Origin: Eledone cirrhosa
Lineage: Eukaryota
DNA: 64,000 bases
NCBI GenBank assembly: GCA_964016885.1
Contig: OZ024741.1
Span: forward strand, 62,496,001 to 62,560,000
Direction: 5' to 3'
This document shows, one piece after another, positions 1 to 13,852 of this stretch (its first letter is position 1; every line of letters starts with the position of its first letter). The position numbers and the translations under genes are program-made. The notes under the pieces are model-generated. The model was not told where the DNA came from. It saw only the letters and a list, made by a program, of their open reading frames with translations, and ran no database searches.

Positions 1-794
1 TTTCTTTTTTTTTTATTTGTAATATTATTCATACAATAGGGAATAAAATAGATCTACATAGTGTTAACTCGTTGTGGTTGAGTCCAAAATTTCAGACATG
101 AAATACATTGTTATCGGTGAAGGAAAAATAAGATTCTAACTGGCTGCGCTCAAAGTGTCTTTGACCCAGTTGACTGTGGTTTTTTTCATTTTTAGGATCT
201 CAATTACCGGTTAACGTCTCAATTACCAGACATGCCTGCACACCTGCTCACAGCTCCGGTCAGACTATAGTTATGCTGTCTGCAAGCTCATTCAAATGCA
301 TTCACACTGGCTGTCTCCAAGACATACAAATATGGCTTATAAAACTTACCAAAATAAAGAGCCTTCCAGCGCCCTCTAACCCTCCTATCCCAGCTCCAAA
401 CGCCCCCCTAACGCGACCTTGCTCCCAAACGCCCGCCTGGAGTTCCGAAACACCTCCCGGGGGTGCATATGCCCCCCGTTGAGAACCTTTGATCTAGAAC
501 AAACGCAAAGTAATAACAACGATAAGTACTTGTAAAATGCAAGTTAGTATCTCCATTTCAGTAATGCTACTATATTTGATGAAGTTCATAAAGCCCTCAG
601 TTAAGTGTTTCCTAGTAATATTTTGACGAACATATTCTATAATGAGGCATCTATAAGGATCGAAAATCTTTAAAATATTCATTATGCCTTTTTTTGTGTT
701 CAATTTACAGCGAATTACGTAGCTTTGTCATATTTATATGCCTATGTACATACATGTATATATACTTATATGCATATAAGTATATATATATTTG

Positions 795-878
<84 letters not shown>

Positions 879-1289
879 CGCGCGCGTGTGTATGTGTGCG
901 CGCGCGAGTGAGTGTGTGTGTGTGAGTGTGTGTAACATTAAATAACAGGCAATTATACACGCATACGTGCACACATACTTACATAGACAGGTGTGTACAT
1001 ACTGGGATTTAAATCATCAATATTCATTAAACATGTGTGTATGTGCGCGTGTGTGTGTGTGTGTGTGTCTGCGTCTGCGTCTGCATGGGTGTGCGTGTAC
1101 GCCTGTATGGTGTGCGTGTGTGTGTGTGCGTGATTGTGTATGTATTACAACGGTAGATATCTTCATTATTCATGTGTCCGTATCAAAATTGTACGAGTGA
1201 GACTCTCTGTTATAGGATTACTCAATAAGTCAGAAATTATACACATGAGTGAGCACCATTACATAGGACGGTGTTGTTGTAGTTGTTTG

Positions 1290-1768
1290 TGTTGGAGGTA
1301 GTGGTGTTAGAGGTGTTGGTTGTTGTTGCTGGAGGTGTTTGGGTTTTTGTTATAGTTGTTGCTGGTGACGGTGGTGCTGGTTGTGTTTGTTGTTGTGCTT
1401 GTAGTTGTGTTGGAGGTAGTGGTGTTAGAGGTGTTGGTTGTTGTTGCTGGCGGTGGTTCGGGTTTTTGTTATAGTTGTTGCTGGTGACGGTGGTGCTGGT
1501 TGTGTTTGTTGTTGTGCTTGTAGTTGTGTTGGAGTTAGTGGTGTTAGAGGTGTTGGTTGTTGTTGCTGGCGGTGGTTTGGGTTTTTGTTATAGTTGTTGC
1601 TGGTGACGGTGGTGCTGGTTGTGTTTGTTGTTGTGCTTGTAGTTGTGTTGGAGGTAGTGGTGTTAGAGGTGTTGGTTGTTGTTGCTGGCGGTGGTTCGGG
1701 TTTTTGTTATAGTTGTTGCTGGTGACGGTTGTTGGTTGTGTTTGTTGTTGTGCTTGTAGTTGTGTTGG
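1290..1768. repeat. GT-rich minisatellite, about 119-bp unit x4
   Basis: tgttggag(g/t)tagtggtgttagaggtgttgg recurs at 1290, 1408, 1527 and 1646. Confidence 0.9.
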
Positions 1769-2717
1769 CTGCTGTGGTGGTGATAGTTGAGATGGTGATG
1801 GTTGTGATGGTGACAGGAGTATTTGTTGCTGTGTTGGTGGTAGTTGTTGGGGTGTTGATAGTTGAGATGGTGATAGGTGTCTGTTGGTGTTGTGCTGATG
1901 GTGGTTTGTTGTAGTGGTATTTGCGATGATGGTAGTAGTGATGTTTTTGTGTTGTTAATATCTATTGTTACTGATGTTGTTGATGTTGTTTATGTTATTG
2001 TTATTATTGATGTTGTTGATGATATGACATCATGACGTATTCCAATATTGCAGTTTACGCCATTGAACAGTTTTGAGCTTAGCTCTGTACACCTAACTCA
2101 TTGTCATGTTATTAAAGCTCATAGTGCAATTATTTAAACCTTGTCCCACTTTATGCCTTTTTCTTCTTTATATCGCACCCACTTTTTCCTCTTTGAATCT
2201 CGTTGTTCGATTTTATACCACTTTGTCTCTCTTTGTCACCCTTTCTACCATTTAGTTCTCCTTTGTATCTACTCTGTTTCTCTTTGTCCCGCTTCGTTCA
2301 ACTTTGTTGCTCTTTATACCACTTTTTCTAACTTTATAGTTATTTTTTTCCTTGCTTGTCATTCTTTGTACCTGTTTGTCTGTCAGTTTATCTCTGAATC
2401 TCATTAAACCTCATAATACGCTGCGTCTCTAATAACATTGAACCATGCATGTTGCATTCACCAAGTTGTCAATAAAATAAGAACCAAACACACTGCACTC
2501 CCTGAAAAATGTCCCCGAAATGTGGATCAGTTTAGAATGTGAGAGATCCCTCGTTTGCTTAACGTGCCTAAATTTAGGGAGAGTCTCAGTATAATTGAAA
2601 ACTTTTATACTCACCATATTTAGAAATAAACACTCTTGTATGTATACACAGGTACGAATATACTTCATGCGGAGTACACCACTCAGCTATTTTCATTGCT
2701 ACGTATAGAAAACACAC

Positions 2718-2837
<120 letters not shown>

Positions 2838-3131
2838 CCACAAACACACAAACAGACACACGCACATTCAGATACACGCACGCATACATAAACACACACA
2901 CACATGTATATGTGTGTGTATATATATATGTGTGTGGAGCTATCTATCTATCTATCTATATATCAATCTCTATATATATTAATCTATCTATATATATATC
3001 TATCTAGCTGTTGAAACGGCAAGAGCTCAGCCGTCGGGGTCTCGACGTTTTCATATAACCAAACTCTACTAACCTAAGTATCGAGTTCTCTGGTGACTAA
3101 TGGCCTAAACAGGTTTTTACTGTATCCATAT

Positions 3132-3285
<154 letters not shown>

Positions 3286-4579
3286 ATAAAGTCAAATAGT
3301 CTTTTACTATTAAATAGCTCAAAGAAAGGAATATTTCTGAGCCGTGTAATACAAATGAATATATGATAGGGATAAACACTGATACAAGTATACATGTATT
3401 CGCATTGCAAATGACCAAGTTAGCTAGATTGAAAAATACTAATTAAAATAATACGGTTTGCCTGTCTCGATTTAAAATAATAAATCAATAAAAACAAACC
3501 TATATCGACAATAGCCGTGATACCTGGACAAATTTTAAATTCGTTGAGCTAATTTTTAATCCCATAAAACCGGCTGCTATTTTTAGCGGCACAAGTATAA
3601 GATTCTTTGCCTGTGTTCTTACAATTGTATTTCTATGATTTTTTGTTCACGGTTGCCTGTGTTTTTACCTTTATGATTTTTTGTCTTTAATTTTCCTGTG
3701 TTTACTCCCCCCTCCCTACGTTTTTCTGTTTCTTTTTCCCTTCCCCGTCTCTGCCTATCCTTCGCACTCACCCCTTCGTTCACTCCACCCCGCTTCACAC
3801 CCCTGCCCTCTCATCCCTCCCCCTGCTTTCACCCAACGCCCATCATGACCAACCTGAGATCCTTTCTCCACCAACTACACAATCGCCTCAAACGTTTCCT
3901 CACCTCCCTCCTCCTCCCCCCCCTGCTATCTCCCCTCCGCCCTTCAACTCTCCTACCTTCTCTTCGCCAAAACCCGGCACTCCAGCCACATCCATTTCCT
4001 CAGCCACTGCCTCCGCCTCCACCTTATCCCCCTCAGCTTCCGTCTACACTTCCACCCCTCCCCCGCCGCTTCCCCCTCCACGCAACGTATCCTCACCCGA
4101 TCCTCACGCCTCCTGATGCGCAACTCCATCCGCGCCTCCCGTTCCACCCTCCGCCTACTTGACCACCAACTGACCTCCACCCTCCTCCGCCTTTACTCCA
4201 TCTGCCACCCCCTCCTCGCCCAAGCCATCCTCTCCTTCATCCACAACCTCAACCACAACCTCTTCTCGTTCCTCAGCTCTACCAAAGCCCGCAATTTACA
4301 CCCCCCCCCATCCACCACCACCCGCCCATCCCTATACGCCCACCACTCTCCACCTCTCCCTCGACCCACACCTCTACCCAATCTCCACCCTCCACCTCAC
4401 CCCTCACCACAACCTCCATTCCCCCTCAAACACCCAAACCCCCACCCCTTGTTGTCACCATACCCCCTGACCTCCCCCTCTCCGCACCTGAGCGCTCACT
4501 CCTTAGTAGAGGCCTTCGCTTCATACCCCACACTCCGCACAGCGACGAGTTCCGCACCCGAACGGAAGTCGAGCGATTC

Positions 4580-6560
4580 GTGCGACGCACTAAGCTACAG
4601 GCACATTTCGGCCGAACGCCACCGGCTCCGGACGCCCCAGACCCGTTTCTCGCCCTGGGCCGACGACCATCTTCTTGGACGCCGGCCCCAGGGCAATTTA
4701 GCACCCTGGACGCCTTCGTCGATGCCAGCCGTAGCGCAGTAAATCGTTTCGACTTCCGCCACCGTTCCAAATGGCACAATATCTCACGGGGCGAACTCCT
4801 CGCTCTCCGCTCCCTCCGTAGCCGAGATGACATCGTCATCAAACCGGCGGACAAGGGAGGCGCCGCAGTGGTATGGCGCGCGGACCTCTACACGGCCGAA
4901 GCCCTCAGGCAGCTCTGTAACCCCTCTTTTACCGCCCTCTACCATCCGATCCCACCCCCCTCTACCAACAACAAGTCTCCTCCACCATCAAAGACCTTAT
5001 CGCCCCCCCCCCCCACCGCTTCCCACCTCATCGTTCGCACCCCCCGCACCCCCACCATCTACTTGCTCCCCAAACTCCACAAACCCGACAACCCCGGCCG
5101 CCCCATCGTCTCCGCTTGCAACTGCCCCACCGAACTCATCTCCGCCTTTCTCGACTCCCTCCTCGCCCCCCTTGTCACCACCCTCCCCTCCCACATCTCC
5201 GACACCAACCACGCCCTGCGCCTTTTCGACTCCTTCACCTACCTACCCCGCCCACAGCCCTTCCTCTTCACCATAGACATCAAGTCCCTCAAACACTACC
5301 TCGACCTTTGCCCCTCCCCCATTCCCTCCACCCTACCCTCCTTCACCTCGCCGAGCTGGTCCTCACCCTAAATTGTTTCTCCTTCTCGGGTGACTTTTAC
5401 CAACAGGTCACGGGGGTAGCCATGGGCACAAGAATGGGCCTGAACTATGCCAACCTTTTTGTTGGCCATGTTGAGGCCCAAATCTTTGCCCAGCACACCG
5501 GCCCCACGCACAAACTGTACGGTCGTTACATTGACGACTGTATCGGAGCCACGACCCTCACCCGAGAACAGCTCGACTCCTTTCTCTCCTTCTTCTGCTC
5601 CTTCCACCCCTCCCTCCACTTCACCACCTCTATCTCCACCACCCACGTCCACTTCTTAGACATCTCCGTCGCCTTCGACCCCTCCCACCACTCCCTCGTC
5701 ACCTCCGCCTTCTTCAAACCCGCCGACTCCCACTCTTACCTCGACTTCAACTCTTCCCACCCCACACACACTAAACACTCCATTCCCTACTCCCAACTTC
5801 TCAGGATCCGCCCCCTCTGTAGCCGTGATGCTGACTTCGAGTCCCAGGCCCTTTCCCTAGTCAGCCATTTCATCCGCAGAGGTTCCCCCCCCCTCTCTCG
5901 TCTACACCGCTCTCACCCGCGCCCGTGCTGTCCCCCGCTCCACCACCCTCACCCCACGCCACCGCACACCCACTCACAGTCTCCCCTTCCCCATCACCTA
6001 CCACCCCTCCACCTTACCCCTCCACCGCACCATCCGCCGCCTCTTCCGACGCCTCCAGTCGGACCCCTCCACCTCCCACATCTTCCCAACCCCTTCAAAC
6101 GCGCACGCAATCTCCGCACGCTCCTCGTCCACAGCTCCCTACCCCCCAACCCACATTCTGTTCCCCCCCGGTTCCTTTCCCTGTTCTAGGCCCCGCTGCA
6201 ACACCTGTCCCCACATCACCAACACCACCACCTTCCAGGGTCCCAACGGCCATTCTCTCTCGGTCCGGCATGCCTTCCGCTGCACCTCCTCCAACCTAGT
6301 CTACGGACTTATGTCGGACAGACGGGACGTCGCCTGGCGGACCGAGTCACGGAGCACCTCCGGGATATTCGTCTCGGGGGCAGTTCCCCCATCGCCCGCC
6401 ACTTTGGTGGCCCTGGACACTCCGCACGCCATCTCACAGTCTGTGGCCTACTCCAGTGCCACGGAACACCCGCCCATCGCCTTACGGTCGGACAACGAAC
6501 TATCTTCATCTTACAGATCCACACTCTTCCCAGCCTGAACTCCCCACCCTTATTCCTTTA
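4580..6560 (+). pseudogene. Disrupted RT/GIY-YIG polyprotein of PLE-1
   Basis: Conserved motifs are split over several frames by frameshifts and deletions. Confidence 0.85.
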
Positions 6561-8066
6561 GCGTTCGACCTCCCCCCCCCACACACACACACACTTATCC
6601 CCCACTAACACCACTAACACACCCCTCCTTTTCACCGCCCACCCCACACTAACAATACTAACACCTCCACTCCACCCCTCATCTGACCACCCTTCCCCAA
6701 CTAACATAATAACATCCCTTCCCTCCTCTCTTCTCCTCCTCCCCCCTCCTTATCACACGCACACACCCACCGGCACATATATACACGCGCTCACACTAAA
6801 CACACACCCTGCTACCACCACTAACCCTCACCCCCACACCTCCATGCCACCACCCCGCAACTAACCTCACTAACACCCCCTAACCCCAAGCACACGAACA
6901 CACGCACCCACTTACACCACCCACCCCACACGAAACTAACATCACTAACACCCCCCAACCCCACGCACACGTACCCACACACCCTCGTACACCACCAACT
7001 CTACACACCCTACCACCACTAACCCCCACTCACACCTGCATTCAACCCCTCCCCACCTTCCGTATACTAACACCCACTATCACCTCTTCATCAAACTACA
7101 CACACACCAGTACACCACACTCCCTCCATAGAACCACACACACCCTTCTCTCCCCGCTCCACCCTCACCCTCGCTCCACACTCACTCATCCCACTAACAC
7201 CCCTACTAATACGCACATACACACACACACCCTCCTCACTCCAACTTTCACACCTACCCATCCTCGCCCCCTTACCATTCCACCGACTGCTGCTATGCCC
7301 TCTGACCACCTCCCAGCACTAACAGACCACAGCACTCCCACTGCTGACCACTTCCTGTTGCGCACGCACCCCACATCTCTCCTCTTCCGACCACCGCTTC
7401 ATGGATTACCCACACGCAGAAATTGACTTACAACCAATCCACTAAACATCCTTGGAACTTACCAACTTTTCAACCATCCTCTTACGGAATCACCTATATA
7501 ACTCACCCACACACACACCCCCAAAAAATTGTTTTCTCCACACGCCACCCACACCCACAACACGCTTAAACCCCACACACGTGCTTCCCACCACATATTT
7601 ACACCCTCAGCCTCCTGACTCCTCTCCCTCCACCCCCTATCCACACACGCACAGACACTCCGACCCACAAAAACAGCCCCCACACACACCTCTTCCTGAA
7701 CATGCAACCCCGTTCTACCCCCAACCCTTACTTTCACATACACACAGACACACATACGCACACCTACACACACACACCACCTTCAGCCCTCTCCGCTCGG
7801 ACACCCCGTCTCCCTCTCCTCACTCCACCCGCCACCACCCCTACTCACCCCACACCCTTCCACCACCTGTTTACCCCCCTTTTAATTTCAGTTTATTTTG
7901 ATCATGCATTTATTTTTTAATTTTCTCATTCCTTGTATTTTGATCATGCTTTACTTTTATTTTTTATCTTTATTTGTTATTCTTTCTTTCGCACCGTTTC
8001 CTTTCGCTATATGTCTCTCCACCACTCCCCTACACACCTTTTGAAGTCTGTTCCCACACACTTCTC

Positions 8067-8098
8067 ACCTGAGAAAGGGCTTATGCCCGAAACGTCGT
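8067..8098 (+). ncRNA. Degenerate minimal type I hammerhead ribozyme of PLE-1
   Basis: ac-CTGAGAA-a-gggc-ttat-gccc-GAAA-cg-TC-gt. The core deviates from CUGANGA and stem I is only 2 bp. Confidence 0.6.
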
Positions 8099-8253
8099 CC
8101 CCCACCTACCCCCCTGAGCGTGAAATTAATAAACATTTATTGTACTGCCTCTCTGTTTTGTCCCTGTTCAAATTTTTCCATTATATATATATATATATAT
8201 ATAAGTATGTATGTATACGTACATACATATATGTATACAGACGTACAGCAGCA

Positions 8254-8295
<42 letters not shown>

Positions 8296-8620
8296 CAGGT
8301 ACACATACATATATGTACGTATCAGTTTAGCGGACGCTTATTATAGCGCCCGCTTTGTTCGTTTGTAAACAAACTGAACAGCCTGAATTTATGCCGTACG
8401 TCTGTATACATATATGTATGTACGTATACATACATACTTACATTTAAGTAAGTGCCGTACTAAGAGTGAGAAATGAAATTTCGTTTTCATTTTATTACAA
8501 CTTGTCGTTCTCGGTACGCCTGGCCGGACTCACTCGATATGCAAATTAGGCTGCTCAGCCGTTAATTTTCATAAGGAAAGAATATACTTTCGAACGTTCA
8601 ACCATCTGGCAGAAGGGTAT

Positions 8621-8663
8621 ACGATGCTGATGATAGCTAACAAGCTTGAAACTAGTACATCGT
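8621..8663 (+). ncRNA. Type I hammerhead ribozyme, canonical core, GUA site
   Basis: acgatg-CTGATGA-t-agct-aaca-agct-t-GAAA-ctag-TA-catcgt: 6-bp stem I and palindromic stem III (actagt). Confidence 0.9.
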
Positions 8664-8814
8664 TCCTGTGTCAGTGTTGAACAAAAAGGTGACGTGGTTG
8701 CCTTAACACCGTACGGCATAAATTCAGGCTGTTCAGTTTGTTTACAAACGAACAAAGCGGGCGCTATAATAATCGTCCGCTAAACTGATACGTACATATA
8801 TGCATGTGTACCTG

Positions 8815-8906
<92 letters not shown>

Positions 8907-9138
8907 TGCTGCTGTACGTCTGTATACATATATGTATGTACGTATACATACATACTTACATTTAAGTAAGTGCCGTACTAAGAGTGAGAAATGAAATTTC
9001 GTTTTCATTTTATTACAACTTGTCGTTCTCGGTACGCCTGGCCGGACTCACTCGATATGCAAATTAGGCTGCTCAGCCGTTAATTTTCATAAGGAAAGTA
9101 TATACTTTCGAACGTTCAACCATCTGGCAGAAGGGTAT

Positions 9139-9181
9139 ACGATGCTGATGATAGCTAACAAGCTTGAAACTAGTACATCGT
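9139..9181 (+). ncRNA. Type I hammerhead ribozyme, second tandem copy
   Basis: Identical to 8621-8663, 518 nt downstream. Confidence 0.9.
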
Positions 9182-9332
9182 TCCTGTGTCAGTGTTGAAC
9201 AAAAAGGTGACGTGGTTGCTTTAACACCGTACGGCATAAATTCAGGCTGTTCAGTTTGTTTACAAACGAACAAAGCGGGCGCTATAATAAGCGTCCGCTA
9301 AACTGATACGTACATATATGTATGTGTACCTG

Positions 9333-9412
<80 letters not shown>

Positions 9413-9524
9413 TGCTGCTGTACGTCTGTATGCATATATGTATGTACGTATACATACATACTTACATTTAAGTAAGTGCCGTACTAAGAGTGAGAAATGA
9501 AATTTCGTTTTCATTTTATTACAA

Positions 9525-9558
<34 letters not shown>

Positions 9559-9561
<3 letters not shown>

Positions 9562-9641
9562 ATAATAATAAATTTGAAGACTAAAATCCAAAGAGGGCTC
9601 GATAAGGATAAATATATATCAAATATATAAGAACCGTAGAG

Positions 9642-9645
<4 letters not shown>
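9559..9645 (-). mobile_element. Family C 3'-tail fragment
   Basis: Matches 62360-62446 and is flanked by (TA)n. Confidence 0.85.
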
Positions 9646-9677
<32 letters not shown>

Positions 9678-9690
9678 TTGGACTAAAAAA

Positions 9691-11829
9691 GTGGACCTAA
9701 AAAAGTCTAAAAAAATCCATGTCCACTCGGACAAAACTGGTAACTTGTATCACATGGATATTGAACATTATAATGAGTTCATATATAAAGAACTCAGAAA
9801 AAATTATAAAAAATCTAATAATGCGTCACTCACCAACATCAACAACAAAACACACAACATAGTAAAAAAACTAAACATTGAAGATAGAACTGAACCTTTG
9901 GCATTGAAAAGACCACACTTCAACCTGAAGGATCACAAATCAAACTTTAACTCAAATCCTTCTATAAGACTTATATGTCCCTCCAAATCAGATATTGGAA
10001 TAATTAGCAAAAAAATTTTGGATAGAGTCATCCCACAAATAAGAAAACACGTTATTTTACCACTCTGGGAAAACACCTCCCAGGTAATTAACTGGTTTAA
10101 AAATATTAGATGTAAATCTTCTGCTTCATTTCTACAATTTGATATAGATAATTACTATTCTTCTATATCACCTATACTCCTGAACAAAGCATTGATATTT
10201 GCTAAAAATAGATCTAACTTAACTTTGGATGACATTAATATTATTACACATGCTAGACTAACACTTATTGAATTTCAGAATGAATACTGGACCAGAAACA
10301 CATATAGTAATCTATTTGATATTACTATGGGTTCAAGCGATTCCGCCCAAATTACTGATCTTGTGGGCCTCTTTCTCCTTTTCAACATAAATGCCTCCTT
10401 TCCCCACCTTAAAGGTGGTTTATATCGTGATGACTGTCTTCTTCTTTCTAACAACCTTAGCCTTTCAGAAATAGAAAAAAACAAAAAACATATTAGAACT
10501 TTCCTTAAAGACTATTATAATCTTCATATTACTTTTGAAAAAACAAGTAAAGTAGTAAATTTCCTAGATATAACTTTAGATTTAGCTACGGGTATCTACC
10601 AACCTTACCATAAACCAAACCAAAACTTACATTACATACACTCACAATCTAATCACCCTAAATCTATCCTTAAAAACCTTGCATATAATATATCACTTAG
10701 AATTTCTAACCTTTCTTCTAACCAAGATGTATTTGATAAAAATGCGACCTTCTATAACGAAGCTCTAGATAGAAGTGGCCACAAAAATAGATTAGAATAT
10801 ATACCTTCTACTAAAAATACTAAAAGCATACAACCTAATATTACCAACAAACACCAAATGAAAAGTACACACCTAAATGCCACCCACACTATACCCCAAA
10901 ATACCAAATCTTCTAATATAAAATATAGTAACTCTCAAAAAACTACTCATCATACAACTCTAATAAATATTAATAATAAAACTCCTAATAAAAAAGATAA
11001 AACACCTAAATCTACAAATATAACTAAAAATGGTTGTGGTGAGATCATTAACATTAATCCTCCTAGTAAACATCACGATACAACCTATAAAAATAATAAA
11101 AATAATAAACAACATAGAAACCGTAATAGACGGGTTACTTGGTATAATGCTCCATTTAATTTACAAATTAAGGATAATATTGCTAAAAAATTATTTTATA
11201 TCCTAGAGAAAAACTTCCCGCCAAACCACAAATACCATCAAATCTTAAATAGGTCTACAGTTAAATTCTCATACTCAACAACAAATAACATAAAACAAAA
11301 TATAAGTGCCTATAATGCATATAAATGTAAGAAAACCATAAGTATACCACCAATACATCAAATTAACCATAATATCTCCTCAAATACAGAATTAACGAAA
11401 GGTTGTAACTGTAGAAACAAAGCAAACTGCCCATTAAAAGGGAATTGTCTTGTTAACAACATAGTCTATAAATGTAATGTTAAAACTAAAGATTCTATTT
11501 GCTCATATATAGGAGCTACTTCTAACAATTTTAAGACAAGGTTTAATACCCACAAGCATAGTTTTAAAAATGCCGCACTGGCTAATACAACATCTCTAGC
11601 AGAAAAAATCAATAGTTATAAAAATAAGAATATAGAATATGATTTGACCTGGAGTGTGCTCAAAAGAGCCACCCCTTATCAAAATAATAGAAATGAATGT
11701 AGATTATGTTCCCAAGAACTATTTGAAATAATGAAATCTAAGGATATCCTATTAAATAAACGACAGGAATTAATTATATCGTGTAATCATAAACTAAAAA
11801 AAACATTTAAATATTATAAACCTAATTAA
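9691..11829 (+). CDS. PLE-2 RT plus GIY-YIG ORF (Naiad-like), 5'-truncated but uninterrupted
   Basis: DKTGNLY, LKDHK, RLICPSKSDIG, QFDIDNYY, FDITMGSSDSAQ, GLYRDD, NFLDITLDL, SNHP, WYNAPF, CNCR..CPL, IVYKC..YIGAT, CRLC..E, LLNKRQE..C.H. Confidence 0.93.
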   Translation: MDLKKSKKIHVHSDKTGNLYHMDIEHYNEFIYKELRKNYKKSNNASLTNINNKTHNIVKKLNIEDRTEPLALKRPHFNLKDHKSNFNSNPSIRLICPSKSDIGIISKKILDRVIPQIRKHVILPLWENTSQVINWFKNIRCKSSASFLQFDIDNYYSSISPILLNKALIFAKNRSNLTLDDINIITHARLTLIEFQNEYWTRNTYSNLFDITMGSSDSAQITDLVGLFLLFNINASFPHLKGGLYRDDCLLLSNNLSLSEIEKNKKHIRTFLKDYYNLHITFEKTSKVVNFLDITLDLATGIYQPYHKPNQNLHYIHSQSNHPKSILKNLAYNISLRISNLSSNQDVFDKNATFYNEALDRSGHKNRLEYIPSTKNTKSIQPNITNKHQMKSTHLNATHTIPQNTKSSNIKYSNSQKTTHHTTLININNKTPNKKDKTPKSTNITKNGCGEIININPPSKHHDTTYKNNKNNKQHRNRNRRVTWYNAPFNLQIKDNIAKKLFYILEKNFPPNHKYHQILNRSTVKFSYSTTNNIKQNISAYNAYKCKKTISIPPIHQINHNISSNTELTKGCNCRNKANCPLKGNCLVNNIVYKCNVKTKDSICSYIGATSNNFKTRFNTHKHSFKNAALANTTSLAEKINSYKNKNIEYDLTWSVLKRATPYQNNRNECRLCSQELFEIMKSKDILLNKRQELIISCNHKLKKTFKYYKPN

Positions 11830-12331
11830 TAACATTATTTTAGAAATTAATATATAATTTAATTTAAATGTTAGTTAACCTATAAATTTAATTTAATTAA
11901 AATTCTACTACAGATGAGAATATAAAATATTGTGTAATCATAAATTGTGAATAACCTTTAAATATTACTAATATATACTTAGTAATTTAATTTATAGATT
12001 AATTTTAATTTATTTAACCCTTTATTAAAATTCCTTTACAGATAAAATATAACAAAATATCGTGTATCCAATGACAGAGAAATAATTTTTAGTATTATAG
12101 ACCTAATTAATATACATTTTAGAAATATATTTATAATTTGGGTTTAAATTTAGTCAACCTAAAAATTTAATTTAATTGGCTTAAAATTAGTATCCTAATA
12201 CAGACGGATTGCAGAGTGTCATGTAATCATAGAATGGGATGTGTTTTGGATGTATACCTAGTTAATATATTCTTTGCAATTTTTGAAAAAATATGTATAT
12301 GTATGTATGTATATGTATGTGTATGTATGTA

Positions 12332-12374
<43 letters not shown>

Positions 12375-13163
12375 ATGTATATGTATATGTATATGTATTA
12401 ATTTTGATTTCTATTTGCATATAATTATATTCTGCTATTGATAAAATACAATATCTGTTTTATTTATTATATACCTAATTAACATATACTATAGAAATTA
12501 ATATATAATTTTTAATTTAGGTAACCTATAATTTATATTCTACTACCGATGTAATACTTTATTTGTTTTTTCCCTATTACTAAATTCATTTCCTAACATT
12601 GATACCATAACGTTAATAACTTTAATTTAGTTATACTATAATTAATACTCTACTACTATTTAACTTCAAAATTCTGCTTCAAATATTATAAACCTAACTA
12701 ATTTACACCTTAGAAATCAATATGTTAACTTTCTTTAGTTTAGTTGGCATATAATTAATGATATACTTATTTTGAAATGCATAATTTTGCCTTATTTCTT
12801 GCATTTCCTAACACTGAAACTATGTAAAAACACATATTGAGATCCAAATACAGATTAATATTCTATGTTTCTTGAAACATATATTTACTATAATCCCCTT
12901 CTCCAACCCCCCCCCTTTCCCCCATACTATTATCATCTGTGTTTGTAAGCGTGTATGTAAGAATATATATGTAGGTAGGTGTATATATGTTTGGGTGTTT
13001 ATATCTGAGTATAAAAATACATATATGCGCATGCAAATAAGAATGTATGATTGTGTGTATATATATATATGTATATATATATATGTGTATATATGCATGT
13101 GTATATATATGTGTATATATATATATGTATGTGTGTATATGTGTATATATGTGTGGGCGTGTA

Positions 13164-13196
<33 letters not shown>

Positions 13197-13817
13197 GTGT
13201 GTATGTATGTGTATGTATATATGTGTATGTATATGTATGTCTCTCTATATATATGTCTATCTTCGTATCTATGTGGGTATATGTGTGTATGTACATGTAT
13301 GCACATGTATCTGTTTATGTGTATATGTGTGTATGTGTATATATGTACGTGTGCGCACATATATATGTGAGTGTGTGTGTGTGTGTGTATATATAAATAT
13401 GTATATCTATGTGTGTATATATATATTCGTATGTGTATATATATATATTATTTATTATTATAATATAACTTATGTGTATATGTATATATGTGAAGGTGTG
13501 TATTAGTATATATATGTATATGTATGTGTAAAAATATATATATGTATGCGTGTTTTTGTGTGTGTGTATATATATGTATATATATGTGTGTATGTATGTG
13601 TTTGTATGTGTGTTTATGGTTGTATGAGTGTGTGGGTATATATATAAATATATGTGTATATATATATATATATATGTGTATATGTATCTCTATTAATGTG
13701 TGTATATATGTATATGTATATACCTTTTTCTTTGTATGTCTGAGTTGTGTGAGAGTGTAGTGGTGTTTGTATGTATATACGCATATATGGATGCGTGTGT
13801 ATTTGTATATATGTATG

Positions 13818-13852
<35 letters not shown>

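Larger units (their letters stand above)
3700..8180 (+). mobile_element. Penelope-like retroelement PLE-1 (Neptune-like), frameshifted, with a long C/A-rich 3'UTR
   Basis: RT motifs KPADKGGAAVV, LPKLHKPDNPGRPIVS, GVAMGTRMG, YGRYIDD and HPTHTKHSIPYSQLLR across ORFs 4580-5371 and 5116-6189. CNTC, SSNLVY and YVGQTGRRLADRVTEH (GIY-YIG) at about 6195-6480. HHR and AATAAA precede (TA)n at 8182. The 5' boundary is approximate. Confidence 0.9.
8203..9527 (+). mobile_element. Non-coding HHR element, family A (retrozyme-like or non-autonomous PLE): about 2.2 tandem units of roughly 518 bp plus an inverted 5' piece
   Basis: Near-identical units begin at about 8492 and 9010. 8203-8400 is the reverse complement of part of the unit. 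(TA)n flanks both sides. Confidence 0.9.

Noticed and set aside
273-703. Short ORFs 273-482 and 494-703, and a possible hAT-like end near 480
   Set aside because: There are no recognisable motifs or splice partners and no matching second TIR in the window.
1290-1768. CRISPR-like or mucin-like repeat
   Set aside because: There are no unique spacers and the unit length is not a multiple of 3.
2500-2530. ctgaaaaa..gaaa hammerhead-like string
   Set aside because: There are no supporting helices.
9691-11829. Selenoprotein-type Naiad (UGA in place of Cys)
   Set aside because: The PLE-2 and PLE-4 ORFs have no in-frame TGA and their Cys motifs use ordinary codons.
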